64,000 nt of DNA from Escherichia phage PECP20, in the sequence record OQ873415.1; one strand, written 5' to 3'. The position numbers were made by a program, and so were the translations under genes. The notes beneath the pieces were generated by a model. That model was given only the letters and a program-made list of their open reading frames with translations. It had not been told where the DNA came from and made no database searches. The number at the start of each line of letters is the position of its first letter. The first letter of the stretch is position 1. Positions 17,769-26,972 of this stretch are shown here, one piece after another.

Positions 17769-18668
17769 TTATTCCTCGATTACGACATCTTCGTATTTAG
17801 GTATATTATATGGTGAAGAAATTAAAGCATTAAAGTAGATGAACTCACCAAGACCTGGATGGAATACTTCTTCAGGATTTTCGAAATATTGAATCTTCGG
17901 GCGTCCTTTAAGAATTTGATAGTACTCAGTTTTAGTTGGTTTAAAAATTCGAATCAGCGCTTCTTCAGGATACTTATTTCTGTCGAAGCTATTATTTGGA
18001 TCGGTTATATAAAGCGGTTGACCTAATTGAATTGCACATTCAACCACTTGTTCAAAACGATAACATGGGTCACTAATTCGAAATGGATGAAAAATACCAT
18101 CTAGATGAATAGGAGCCAAATCACCTACAAGACGCTGCATGATGGAAGGACGTATAACTTTCTGAGTTACGATAATCTTATTACCATCTGCACCTGCGTT
18201 AACCAGCACTTCTTTTTGACGTTCATTCAACACGGTAGTTTGAAGTGAACGATTAACTGACAACATATCGGTTTTTAAGAATTCGTCAATATAAAAACGT
18301 TGTTTATTAGGGTCTGCAGTGATATTGAAATTGAATTCTACATCAAAAGCGCCGCCATAACCAGTGATATCTGTGATTAGAAAATCACAATCATAATAAT
18401 CAATTAATGAATCAACCACAAATTCATTTTCAGTCCAGAAATATTTACGAGTGTTATACGCGTTATCTTTATACCATAATGGAACAAACTTAAATTCTGG
18501 GAAAAGACGTTCGCATTCTTTAATATCAGATGCATTACGTGGATATGTAATCACATCACCCGGATTAGCACGGTGCAAATGAAGTTGGAAGTTGCCATCC
18601 TTAAGGATAGCATACTGTCCAGTTTCATAAGACCGCATACTCAAGATTGGTACGCGGAAAATAGCCAT
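17769..18668 (-). CDS. hypothetical protein (299 aa) in the beta-glucosyltransferase slot
   Basis: ORF between kinase and gene 42 homolog; no similarity to T4 beta-gt recognised. Confidence 0.6.
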   Translation of the reverse strand: MAIFRVPILSMRSYETGQYAILKDGNFQLHLHRANPGDVITYPRNASDIKECERLFPEFKFVPLWYKDNAYNTRKYFWTENEFVVDSLIDYYDCDFLITDITGYGGAFDVEFNFNITADPNKQRFYIDEFLKTDMLSVNRSLQTTVLNERQKEVLVNAGADGNKIIVTQKVIRPSIMQRLVGDLAPIHLDGIFHPFRISDPCYRFEQVVECAIQLGQPLYITDPNNSFDRNKYPEEALIRIFKPTKTEYYQILKGRPKIQYFENPEEVFHPGLGEFIYFNALISSPYNIPKYEDVVIEE

Positions 18669-19384
18669 TAGTCAAGGAATCCTTTAACATAATCAAAATC
18701 ACGTTCAAACACATGGGCGCTTACCATGGTATGAGTATAATCACCAACTTCTACACCGCATTCGTTAGCGATATAATGAAGTAATTTTCCTTGGAGATAA
18801 AAATCCAACTGCATAACAACAGCACAGTTCTGAGAACGCATATGACAGTGGGTATAAAGCTTACCATCACGAATATAATAAGTTACTGAGTCAGTACATG
18901 GATATTCAAGTGTTTCGTCCGAATCAAGCAAAGCCTGATCAGAACTTTCTAGAATTTGGAACACAACTCTTCGAGAGTTAGGTTTTTCTTTAAGTTCTTT
19001 TAGAAGAGTTGGTAATTGGGCCGCAATGCGAGGGCCATAGAAAGTGTTGAAGTTCGCCGGCAAAACATCTGATTTTGGTTTAGAAATAAATTTAGCGACA
19101 TTAGGATATGCCTTAAACGCTTCTTCTGCGTTGGTACCACCAGAAATCATAAACTTCCAGAAGTCTTCGGCATATTCATAAGAGATGCGGTTAATACGTG
19201 GGTCGGTCATTTTGAATGATGATGGAGTGTCAACAACTACTGTCATAGACCCAATTTCATTACAACGTCCAATACGAGAATCAGTTACGAATTCGGGGTT
19301 TTCTAAAATTTCACGATTGACTGCTTTAAATGCGGTTTGAAAATCTGCGGCTTTGATATATTTCATTGTGTTATGTTTTCCCAT
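18668..19384 (-). CDS. 42: dCMP hydroxymethylase-like (thymidylate synthase fold)
   Basis: 238 aa; thymidylate synthase-like core (PCTDSV...MRSQNCAVV); syntenic with T4 gene 42 but diverged. Confidence 0.7.
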   Translation of the reverse strand: MGKHNTMKYIKAADFQTAFKAVNREILENPEFVTDSRIGRCNEIGSMTVVVDTPSSFKMTDPRINRISYEYAEDFWKFMISGGTNAEEAFKAYPNVAKFISKPKSDVLPANFNTFYGPRIAAQLPTLLKELKEKPNSRRVVFQILESSDQALLDSDETLEYPCTDSVTYYIRDGKLYTHCHMRSQNCAVVMQLDFYLQGKLLHYIANECGVEVGDYTHTMVSAHVFERDFDYVKGFLD

Positions 19385-19426
19385 GTTTACCTCAATACAA
19401 TTTATTATATACTCAATTCATAAAGC

Positions 19427-19666
19427 TTATTTGAATTTCTTGACAATGTTGATATAACGTAAAGCTTCAGAATCTATACTTCCAAGAACACTATGAAGGA
19501 ATGCATCAGTGTAGTATTCCAATTGAACAGGTTCTTTAATCACTTTAGCCGCTTTGGTTTCAAACAGGCCCATAAGGGCCTTTTTAAGAATTTGTTCGTT
19601 AGTGTTCAGTTTCATAGTCAAAATCTCTTCGTTAAGTTTATAATTAAAACTTTTTCTAGAAATCAT
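19427..19666 (-). CDS. hypothetical protein (79 aa)
   Basis: ORF; 4-nt overlap with upstream gene. Confidence 0.5.
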   Translation of the reverse strand: MISRKSFNYKLNEEILTMKLNTNEQILKKALMGLFETKAAKVIKEPVQLEYYTDAFLHSVLGSIDSEALRYINIVKKFK

Positions 19667-20823
19667 TCCGGGTACCTCAAAGCGTCATCAGAGTTAGTTA
19701 TATCAATAATAGATATGGAGTTTTCTGCTAACCCGTTTTTAGATAATTGACGTTTATAATACCTTTCACAATATGTACACGTTGACCCACAGATTTCATT
19801 AGCACAATCAAAATCTGGATGTCTGAACCACCTTTTTTCTAAAAAGCCATCTAACAAAGAGGTTTCAATATTTACTGTATGTGAAAACTCAGTCTCATTT
19901 TCAAGAGTGAAAATAGTCTCTAAAGGCTTCCACAGTTCTAACAAATTACCTTCAAACTTTTCAGAAGCGTATGCTTCAAGAACTTTCAAAATGTAGTCTG
20001 TGCTACCTGTACGTCCTGAAACTTTGAATTGAGTGATACCAATATCATTATAAAGTTTCAAATCTTGAGGACGAACAAAACGAGTTCTCAACCAGTTAAA
20101 TGGGTCTGTATCACGAGCTTTAATACAGTGCTGCATAGGATATCCATTTAAGGATTTAGCATCATCAGCGGTAACATCAGTACTATGGAAAATATAGCAA
20201 GAGTCACGATAACTACAATGTGTTGTATACCCTTTACCAGCATTAGAACAGAACTCATTTACAAGAACTTCAAATATTATATTGTTCTTATTGCAAAACT
20301 CTGCTGCACGCTTCAGGAAAGAAACTGAACGGTTCTTATGAATTCCGCAACAGACCTTTTTGATGTTATATTGGTCATGTAAGTATTTGATTTGAGTTAC
20401 CGCATCGACATGTAGAATTGTTGAAACTTCAATCTCAATATCTTTATTGACTTCACGAACAATTTCCATAACAACAGGGTTAGCGATAGTAATACGCCAT
20501 ACGCCTATTGACCAAAGATACTGAACATAATCCTGAATAGCTTTCTTCTTCCACTCAACTAGTTCTCTTTTTGAACCAGGATTTATCGTGTTGAGTGTAT
20601 AGTTAAAGCAAATACCTAATTCGTTACAACGTTTAACGTAGTCTTCTAACATCTTTTTGTCAACGTCAGGAAGCCTAAAATCAGGTCTGGCTGCTACAAA
20701 AGCCATTTCTCTTGTAGAGCCATATACTTCGTTTATCAAGCTATTAGGATAGGTTTTATTGAGCTCTACGATTTTATCAAGAAGAGCTAAATCAAAATTC
20801 GTTCCGATTTTAAAAGTATTCAT
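19663..20823 (-). CDS. hypothetical Cys-rich protein, possible Fe-S enzyme
   Basis: 386 aa; C-terminal C-x4-C-x3-C-x-Y-C cluster plus scattered Cys; family not assigned. Confidence 0.7.
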   Translation of the reverse strand: MNTFKIGTNFDLALLDKIVELNKTYPNSLINEVYGSTREMAFVAARPDFRLPDVDKKMLEDYVKRCNELGICFNYTLNTINPGSKRELVEWKKKAIQDYVQYLWSIGVWRITIANPVVMEIVREVNKDIEIEVSTILHVDAVTQIKYLHDQYNIKKVCCGIHKNRSVSFLKRAAEFCNKNNIIFEVLVNEFCSNAGKGYTTHCSYRDSCYIFHSTDVTADDAKSLNGYPMQHCIKARDTDPFNWLRTRFVRPQDLKLYNDIGITQFKVSGRTGSTDYILKVLEAYASEKFEGNLLELWKPLETIFTLENETEFSHTVNIETSLLDGFLEKRWFRHPDFDCANEICGSTCTYCERYYKRQLSKNGLAENSISIIDITNSDDALRYPE

Positions 20824-20879
20824 TTTTTTGCATCTCGCGTTAATTGATGCGATGGTTTTTGCAGGTCTTACTTAAATTA

Positions 20880-21281
20880 TTATAGATTTGGTTTATATGA
20901 TTTAAATGTTTCGAATTCGCCTTTATTCATAAGAGCTTTGAATTCGTCAGGACGCATAGCTTTGTCGTCGATAATCCAATCATATACTGGTTTATGTGTT
21001 AGCAAATTATGGTACTTCAAACCAATGTTTTCCAAGTTCTGAATCAGACTTGGGAGAATGTCAATTGCTATACGACCAGGACCTACCGACTTCATACCAC
21101 GGGCAGTGTAAAGCGTTATGGTATGCCCTGCATCATACAGGGCATTAATGGCAGACACCATTTCGACGTCTGGTTTGAAGTTCACGTAATCACGATTGTT
21201 ATTCCACTCTGTTATACAATCATCGACATCAAAACAAAGATTAAGCATGTTTTCTACACGGTGCATTAGATTCGTTCCCAT
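20880..21281 (-). CDS. HAD-superfamily phosphatase (sugar-phosphate phosphatase-like)
   Basis: 133 aa; N-terminal FDVDDCIT (DxD nucleophile motif). Confidence 0.65.
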   Translation of the reverse strand: MGTNLMHRVENMLNLCFDVDDCITEWNNNRDYVNFKPDVEMVSAINALYDAGHTITLYTARGMKSVGPGRIAIDILPSLIQNLENIGLKYHNLLTHKPVYDWIIDDKAMRPDEFKALMNKGEFETFKSYKPNL

Positions 21282-22951
21282 TGATGAGTGATATCGCCGC
21301 CGATTGGACGATAGGAAACACCAGTTTCTTTATCAGTTAGTACCCATTTACCAGGATTTTTTGTAATCAGAGTAGCCGTTACAGGTTCTGCTACGTCATA
21401 ACTAATAGAGCCGTCTTGAAGTACACGGCCCATGTTACGTAATTGCTTAGTCAGAAGTTCCATACCTTTATAATATGCGGCAACCGCTTTAAGTGGATTA
21501 TTCTTGAAATAACCACCTAATGCAATCCAGATAATTGCTACTGCCAAATGATGATACTCGTTAAACGAACTCATCTTTCCATATTTGTAAACTAATGGAT
21601 TGATGTTAATAGTCAAATTACAAGTTGTTTCATCAATAGTAAACTGACCCCAGGTCGGATTAGCATTGAATTCATCATAACCTGAAACAGCATAAAGCAC
21701 TTTAGCTTCATCATACAATTTTGGCCCGTAAATCTTGGTTTCACCAAAATATCCACGAGGGTCGATAAACTTGACTTCGCCGTTATCGGTAATCATAGTA
21801 TTACTGAAGTTCGGGTCACCATGAATAACAGAGTACTGTCCCTGAGAACGGTTATGATAACGAATAAGATGTTCTAAAGCTTGTTTCAACATTGGCTTCA
21901 GACGTCCAATCTTAGTGTAGTTCACATGTGTGATTTTACCAAATGAATCAATCAATGGCTGAATGCTTTCACAACGATCAATAACTTTCGTATAGAACTC
22001 TTTAGTGAAATCACGGCGAACAGTTTCAGGACTTACAAAATAAGTGTCCGTGCTGAATTTCAGTGCATCTAAAATTGCATCAACAATTTGTGGACGAGCA
22101 AGACTTGATTTGGATTTAATATATTCAAATGCCGGCTTACCTTTAATACGTTCCATTTCAAAATTATTTTCATTTACCGAAACTAACTGAGGAACTGAAT
22201 CTGATTTCACTTTCAAATACCATGAAATCTCATCTTTTTGAAGAGCTCGACCTTGTTCGGTTAACGCGAATTTAGTTACAGTTTCTTCGCCAATTTCAAC
22301 TGCATTAAAACTACGATTCAGTTCACGAACTTCATGAGCCTTTTCAAGTTTAGGCATATCACCTAAATCAATTAGATTCATAAGCTCTGATTTATTGAAT
22401 GCACTGCCGTAAAGGAATTCTACGAAATCACGACCTTTGCAGTATTCGTGAATTTCCTCATCAGTAGAACCCATGTAGAATTCCCAGTCTTTGAACTGAT
22501 AAATTCCTACAACATTACCACCTGTTGAACCTACGTTAGTGATATTTTCACCATCGAAATTATATCGACATTCATCACCCTTAACATAGATTGCGTTAAC
22601 ATTCCAAGACCATGAACCAAAGTCAGGAATAATATCACACCAGTTAACAATTACGTTATGGCCATCTAAATCTTTGTATAATTTAGCAAGAGCATAAGCA
22701 GAACCATACGCTTCATCAACTGTACGAATAGTCACATTGAACCCTTCTTGCTCGCAATAAGCTCGAACAGTTTCAGCAAATTTTGAATGAACTACTACAA
22801 TAATTTCATCTGCGCCAAGGTCAGAATAAATTGTATACAAATTGCTCAGAATAGTGTCTTGTTTATAGTTAACAAGCACCTTAGGAATATGGTGAGTAAT
22901 TGGATATAAACGAGTTGCTAATCCAGCACCAAGAATAACAGCTTTTTTCAT
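21266..22951 (-). CDS. bifunctional sugar-1-phosphate nucleotidyltransferase / APH-type sugar kinase
   Basis: 561 aa; N-terminal MKKAVILGAGLATRLYP (RmlA-like); C-terminal HGDPNFSN...IDPRG (aminoglycoside/choline-kinase-like). Confidence 0.8.
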   Translation of the reverse strand: MKKAVILGAGLATRLYPITHHIPKVLVNYKQDTILSNLYTIYSDLGADEIIVVVHSKFAETVRAYCEQEGFNVTIRTVDEAYGSAYALAKLYKDLDGHNVIVNWCDIIPDFGSWSWNVNAIYVKGDECRYNFDGENITNVGSTGGNVVGIYQFKDWEFYMGSTDEEIHEYCKGRDFVEFLYGSAFNKSELMNLIDLGDMPKLEKAHEVRELNRSFNAVEIGEETVTKFALTEQGRALQKDEISWYLKVKSDSVPQLVSVNENNFEMERIKGKPAFEYIKSKSSLARPQIVDAILDALKFSTDTYFVSPETVRRDFTKEFYTKVIDRCESIQPLIDSFGKITHVNYTKIGRLKPMLKQALEHLIRYHNRSQGQYSVIHGDPNFSNTMITDNGEVKFIDPRGYFGETKIYGPKLYDEAKVLYAVSGYDEFNANPTWGQFTIDETTCNLTININPLVYKYGKMSSFNEYHHLAVAIIWIALGGYFKNNPLKAVAAYYKGMELLTKQLRNMGRVLQDGSISYDVAEPVTATLITKNPGKWVLTDKETGVSYRPIGGDITHQWERI

Positions 22952-22993
22952 GTTGAAGTCCTCATTGGTAAGTAGGTGTATTGTACACTATTC

Positions 22994-23136
22994 TAGTTAA
23001 AGCATTCATACTTTGCCTGTAGACCAATCATAATCCATCCAATTACAAGTGTTGGAATCATTACTGGAGCCGTTAAGCCCCAGTAGATAGTCATGGCAAG
23101 CATCAATAGTAAAAGTCCTATTGTTATTGCTTTCAT
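22994..23136 (-). CDS. small hydrophobic peptide (47 aa)
   Basis: ATGA overlap with stop of upstream SIS gene; hydrophobic; below ORF-track size cutoff. Confidence 0.35.
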
Positions 23137-23768
23137 TGTTCGCCTCGTAACATGGCACCTAGTGCACCACCAGGGTGGAACTTAAGGAAGTCATTAGAGG
23201 TAAATCCACGTTCAGACGAAAGGTTGATAGCAAACGTATCGATAAGCGCTAACAACAATGTAGTGGACATGGTCGGAGCCAGAGAATTCTCATCAACCTC
23301 TACCGCGATGCCTGTACAGAACGTATAATCAAAAAGAGCTTCGTATTCTTGCGGAATGTCAGGGTTACAATGTAACAGAATCTGTTTAACCTGAGGACGA
23401 ATCATACGAAGATGTTTAGCAACACCTATCATTTCTTCAGTCTTACCAGAACGACTGATGTGAACTAATACATCATTAGGTGCAATAAATCCTGCGTCGC
23501 CATGAGAATAATGCCCGGTGTTCAAATACATGCTAGGAATACCTAGTGAAGCAAAAGTCTCGGAAGCTTTAGTTGCGATATTAGCGTTCTTACCAACACC
23601 TGTAATAATTACTCGGCTTTCATAATTACTCAGTCCAGGGCGACGAAGAGTTTCAAGAATAGCATTATATCGGGCAGAGTTTTGACTAATTACTTTAGCC
23701 ATAGTGGCAAGAGATGAAGCTTGTTTTACGATTGCGTCAATAGCGATAGTGATTGGTGTAGTTTTCAT
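23133..23768 (-). CDS. SIS-domain sugar-phosphate isomerase (arabinose-5-phosphate isomerase-like, no CBS domains)
   Basis: 211 aa; ITGVGKNANIATK...HGDAG...ISRSGKT...HPGGALG closely resembles KdsD/GutQ SIS domain. Confidence 0.8.
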   Translation of the reverse strand: MKTTPITIAIDAIVKQASSLATMAKVISQNSARYNAILETLRRPGLSNYESRVIITGVGKNANIATKASETFASLGIPSMYLNTGHYSHGDAGFIAPNDVLVHISRSGKTEEMIGVAKHLRMIRPQVKQILLHCNPDIPQEYEALFDYTFCTGIAVEVDENSLAPTMSTTLLLALIDTFAINLSSERGFTSNDFLKFHPGGALGAMLRGEQ

Positions 23769-23808
23769 ATTTCTCTCATTTAATTAGTTTACCGTCCATG
23801 GCATTATA

Positions 23809-26520
23809 TCAAAAATCGAACATATCGAACAGAGATGCTTTCTTCTCGTAATCGAGTTTCGCTGCTGATGTGAATCCTTCAAGTGGTTTAATAAATGTCT
23901 TCTCAAGGAGAACAGTGTAGTCCATCCAATGAAGTACGTCGTCTTTAATTAAATCTGTGATTTCAGTACCAGAAGGCCATGCGATACATTTATCACCGAA
24001 CGGGTTTCCATCACGTAAAGGCAGAACGTATACCTTTTCGCCTTCTACAACTTGTGGAGCATCAATATTACCTTTGATAGCTCTGTTATATGTCAGAATT
24101 CCACGAATATGGAACGGGCATTTAGGACCAGGGAATCCACCAACGTCATATTTAGCAATGTTATTCGCAGAAGATACTGACGCGATGCTAATATAATTCA
24201 ATTGACGGAATTCTTTTTCAAACTCTTTAAAATATTCTTGTAATGATTCTTCACCTTCTTGAAGCATACGACGAATACATTCTTTAAGAGCTTTCTGTAC
24301 TGCTTTAGGGGTCGAAGATTTCTGTGTTTCGAGACCCATGATTTTGAGTTTAGGCTCAGCGTATCTGGTTCCTTCCATATCCCACACGTTTAATGCATAA
24401 CGTTTCTTACCAGTCCAGAATCCACCAATACCTTTAGAACCGAGTGGAGGACCAGCAATAGCTTCTCGGTCCATGAACATCAAATGTTGCTTATTATTCA
24501 TGTATTCACACATTTCACGGAAACCTCTATCAATAGCCGGTTCCATACGTTCACGAGCGAACTTATCTAAGAAGTCTACCCAATGGTTGGTATCACGGAA
24601 TTTAGATTCACCAACCTTATCAATAATTTTATCTGCAGATACGTAAATAGAGTCTGTATCACCATAAAGAACGAAAGCTTCACCTTCTGTACCACAAACT
24701 TCGTTCAGATATTCATTAACTTTACGTTCAATCCACTGTAAAGCCATTTGACCAAATGTTGTGATTGCAGTTGCATTACGCAAATCGTAATAACGGAACC
24801 AAACGTTACCAAGTGCACCATAAAGCGAGTTGATGAGCAATTTACGGTTAATTTGTGCAGTCATACCTGCAACTTCAGTACGTTGAGCTCTAAACAACAT
24901 TTCATTAAGAGATTTAGCAGACAACTTTTTAATCTTTTCTTTAATCTCATCGCTGAAGTCGAAACGATAATCAACATCTAATGGTTCGTCAACAGAAAGA
25001 TTAGGATTATGCAACGCCTCTTTAATTATTTCACCATTACGTTGAGCCGCAAGCATGTAACCTTTATGTTCTTTACGTTGATTAAAGACCTTAGTGATTT
25101 CAGTTGGAACTACACCATCACGGTCTTTATAATACATCATGCCATTAGGAGAACAACTGTACACATCTGAAGGACGTTCAGCGATTGCGTTAATATAATC
25201 ATGCAGTGGAGCTACTTTAAACGTTCCTGCTATTGTTTCCGGGCTAATATTCACTTGGCGAATAATACTTGGATACAGGGATGTAAGGTCGAAACTCATT
25301 ACATATTTGTATCGATTTGGAATAGGTTCCTTAACAAAAGCGCCAGGATAAGGTTGAACCGGGTGAGAACGACCTTGTGGAATCACCTTGTTCTGCTCTT
25401 TAAGGCTATTAAAAATAATAGCATCCCATGTTTTAATTGGGCTAAACACAGATTGAATCTGTATCTTAGCATAATAACCCATGTCCAAACTCAAGTTGAT
25501 GAACTGACGCTTAGCATCAATTTGCAATACACGATACACGTCGATAATGTTATAAGAAATATATCGTTGGTGATTGCTTTCACGAAGCTTAGAAATAGGG
25601 CCGTCATATTTCAGTTTACCAACGTTCAATTCAAATTCTGAAATGTAATCCAGAGAATACGACGGTTGATTGGTAAAAGAGAATTTTTTGTAAAGGTCAA
25701 TGTAATCAAGAACAGAGATACCGAACAATGTAATGATTTCACGAGAACCATACATGTTTTCGATAACTTTAACACGAGTTTTACGATGTGGTGATAAACG
25801 TTTTGCTGTGGATTCACCAAAAATATTCTTGATTCTGTTATACACATATGGAATATCAAATGACTCAACGTTCCATCCAGTCAAAATGACAGGAGTTTTC
25901 TGTTGCCAGAAGTTGAGATATTCCATCAACAATTCTTTTTCGTTATCGAACGGCATATAAATGATTTTATCGATAATTTCGGATGGAACTTCATCACCAC
26001 CTTGTTCTTGAAGCTTAGCAGCGATTTCAATAGACCATTCTTCTACATTACCATATGGAGAATTCAATAGATCAAATACGTAGAACCTGTCGTCAATTGA
26101 GTCATAATGAGTGATAGCATCAATCGGATGTTTTGCTTGTGACGGCTCAGGGAACCCATCCGGAGATGTTACTTCGATGTCGAAGTTAGCCACACGAATT
26201 TTTGTATGGTCGTATTTGATTTCATAGTTATAAGTGTCAGACAAATACGCCAATTTGAAATCGTCCATGCCAAGTGCTTCAAGTCCGATATCTTCCATGC
26301 GTTTAATCCATTGGGAGGCATCACGCATATTAGCGAACAACTTACGAGTACACGGCTTACCGTAGATATCGAAATATTTCGTAGCCTGACTTTCTGGACA
26401 ATGTGCAAACAACGATGGCTTATACTCTACTTCACGAGTACGTTCACGGCCATTAGAATCGATGTAACGTTCAAAAATTGAATCACCAATCTGTTCAACC
26501 GTTAAGTAAAATTCTTTCAT
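23809..26520 (-). CDS. 43: DNA polymerase (family B, gp43)
   Basis: 903 aa; exo motifs (FDIEV), polymerase motifs (DxxSLYPSII, YGDTDS); N-terminus matches RB69 gp43 as recalled. Confidence 0.98.
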   Translation of the reverse strand: MKEFYLTVEQIGDSIFERYIDSNGRERTREVEYKPSLFAHCPESQATKYFDIYGKPCTRKLFANMRDASQWIKRMEDIGLEALGMDDFKLAYLSDTYNYEIKYDHTKIRVANFDIEVTSPDGFPEPSQAKHPIDAITHYDSIDDRFYVFDLLNSPYGNVEEWSIEIAAKLQEQGGDEVPSEIIDKIIYMPFDNEKELLMEYLNFWQQKTPVILTGWNVESFDIPYVYNRIKNIFGESTAKRLSPHRKTRVKVIENMYGSREIITLFGISVLDYIDLYKKFSFTNQPSYSLDYISEFELNVGKLKYDGPISKLRESNHQRYISYNIIDVYRVLQIDAKRQFINLSLDMGYYAKIQIQSVFSPIKTWDAIIFNSLKEQNKVIPQGRSHPVQPYPGAFVKEPIPNRYKYVMSFDLTSLYPSIIRQVNISPETIAGTFKVAPLHDYINAIAERPSDVYSCSPNGMMYYKDRDGVVPTEITKVFNQRKEHKGYMLAAQRNGEIIKEALHNPNLSVDEPLDVDYRFDFSDEIKEKIKKLSAKSLNEMLFRAQRTEVAGMTAQINRKLLINSLYGALGNVWFRYYDLRNATAITTFGQMALQWIERKVNEYLNEVCGTEGEAFVLYGDTDSIYVSADKIIDKVGESKFRDTNHWVDFLDKFARERMEPAIDRGFREMCEYMNNKQHLMFMDREAIAGPPLGSKGIGGFWTGKKRYALNVWDMEGTRYAEPKLKIMGLETQKSSTPKAVQKALKECIRRMLQEGEESLQEYFKEFEKEFRQLNYISIASVSSANNIAKYDVGGFPGPKCPFHIRGILTYNRAIKGNIDAPQVVEGEKVYVLPLRDGNPFGDKCIAWPSGTEITDLIKDDVLHWMDYTVLLEKTFIKPLEGFTSAAKLDYEKKASLFDMFDF

Positions 26521-26548
26521 TTAATTTCCTTTAGACGAGTTATTGTCT
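26521..26548 (-). promoter_or_regulatory. gene 43 translational operator (hairpin with AAUAACUC loop plus SD)
   Basis: Minus RNA AGAC-AAUAACUC-GUCU-AAAGGAAAUUAA-AUG; loop matches the T4 gp43 operator loop as recalled. Confidence 0.55.
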
Positions 26549-26580
26549 TTTGTTTGTTGATGAACTTATTATACTCCAAA

Positions 26581-26600
26581 TGGGACCGAAGTCCCATTGC
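26581..26600 (-). other. stable UUCG-tetraloop RNA hairpin between regA and gene 43
   Basis: Minus RNA AAUGGGAC-UUCG-GUCCCAUU directly after regA stop; followed by TATAAT hexamer. Confidence 0.5.
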
Positions 26601-26601
26601 T

Positions 26602-26970
26602 TTAATTACCAATTGTATATTTTGCTTTCAAAGTCCAGTCATCTTTCTGTTTAAAAGAGATAACACGGAAGTTATTAGTCAGGCTAAATAGATCTTCACG
26701 AGCAGAGTCTTCAATAACAATTAACCCCCAGTCTTCAAGCAACTGGGCAATCGAATCACGTCGCTGATAGTCTTCACCGTCGATATCAACTTGTCGTCCG
26801 TCCATACGCAGCATTTCTTTAAAGTGGACGATGTAGTATTTACCTTGCTTTTGGAGGATATGACAGGACTGATAAAGAACTTTATCCTTGTTATTAGCGA
26901 TGCCCATACGGGTCAGAGTCTCTTTGACTTTCAGAAAATCTTCGGGGTTCTTCAATTTAATTTCGATCAT
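26602..26970 (-). CDS. regA: translational repressor RegA
   Basis: Near-identical to T4 RegA as recalled; start set at MIEIKL ATG (26970), 122 aa; track start 26979. Confidence 0.9.
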   Translation of the reverse strand: MIEIKLKNPEDFLKVKETLTRMGIANNKDKVLYQSCHILQKQGKYYIVHFKEMLRMDGRQVDIDGEDYQRRDSIAQLLEDWGLIVIEDSAREDLFSLTNNFRVISFKQKDDWTLKAKYTIGN

Positions 26971-26972
26971 TT

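Noticed and set aside
19663-20823. Calling the 386-aa protein a U32-family peptidase
   Set aside because: The Cys spacing only loosely resembles the U32 signature and I cannot align it from memory; left as a Cys-rich possible Fe-S protein.
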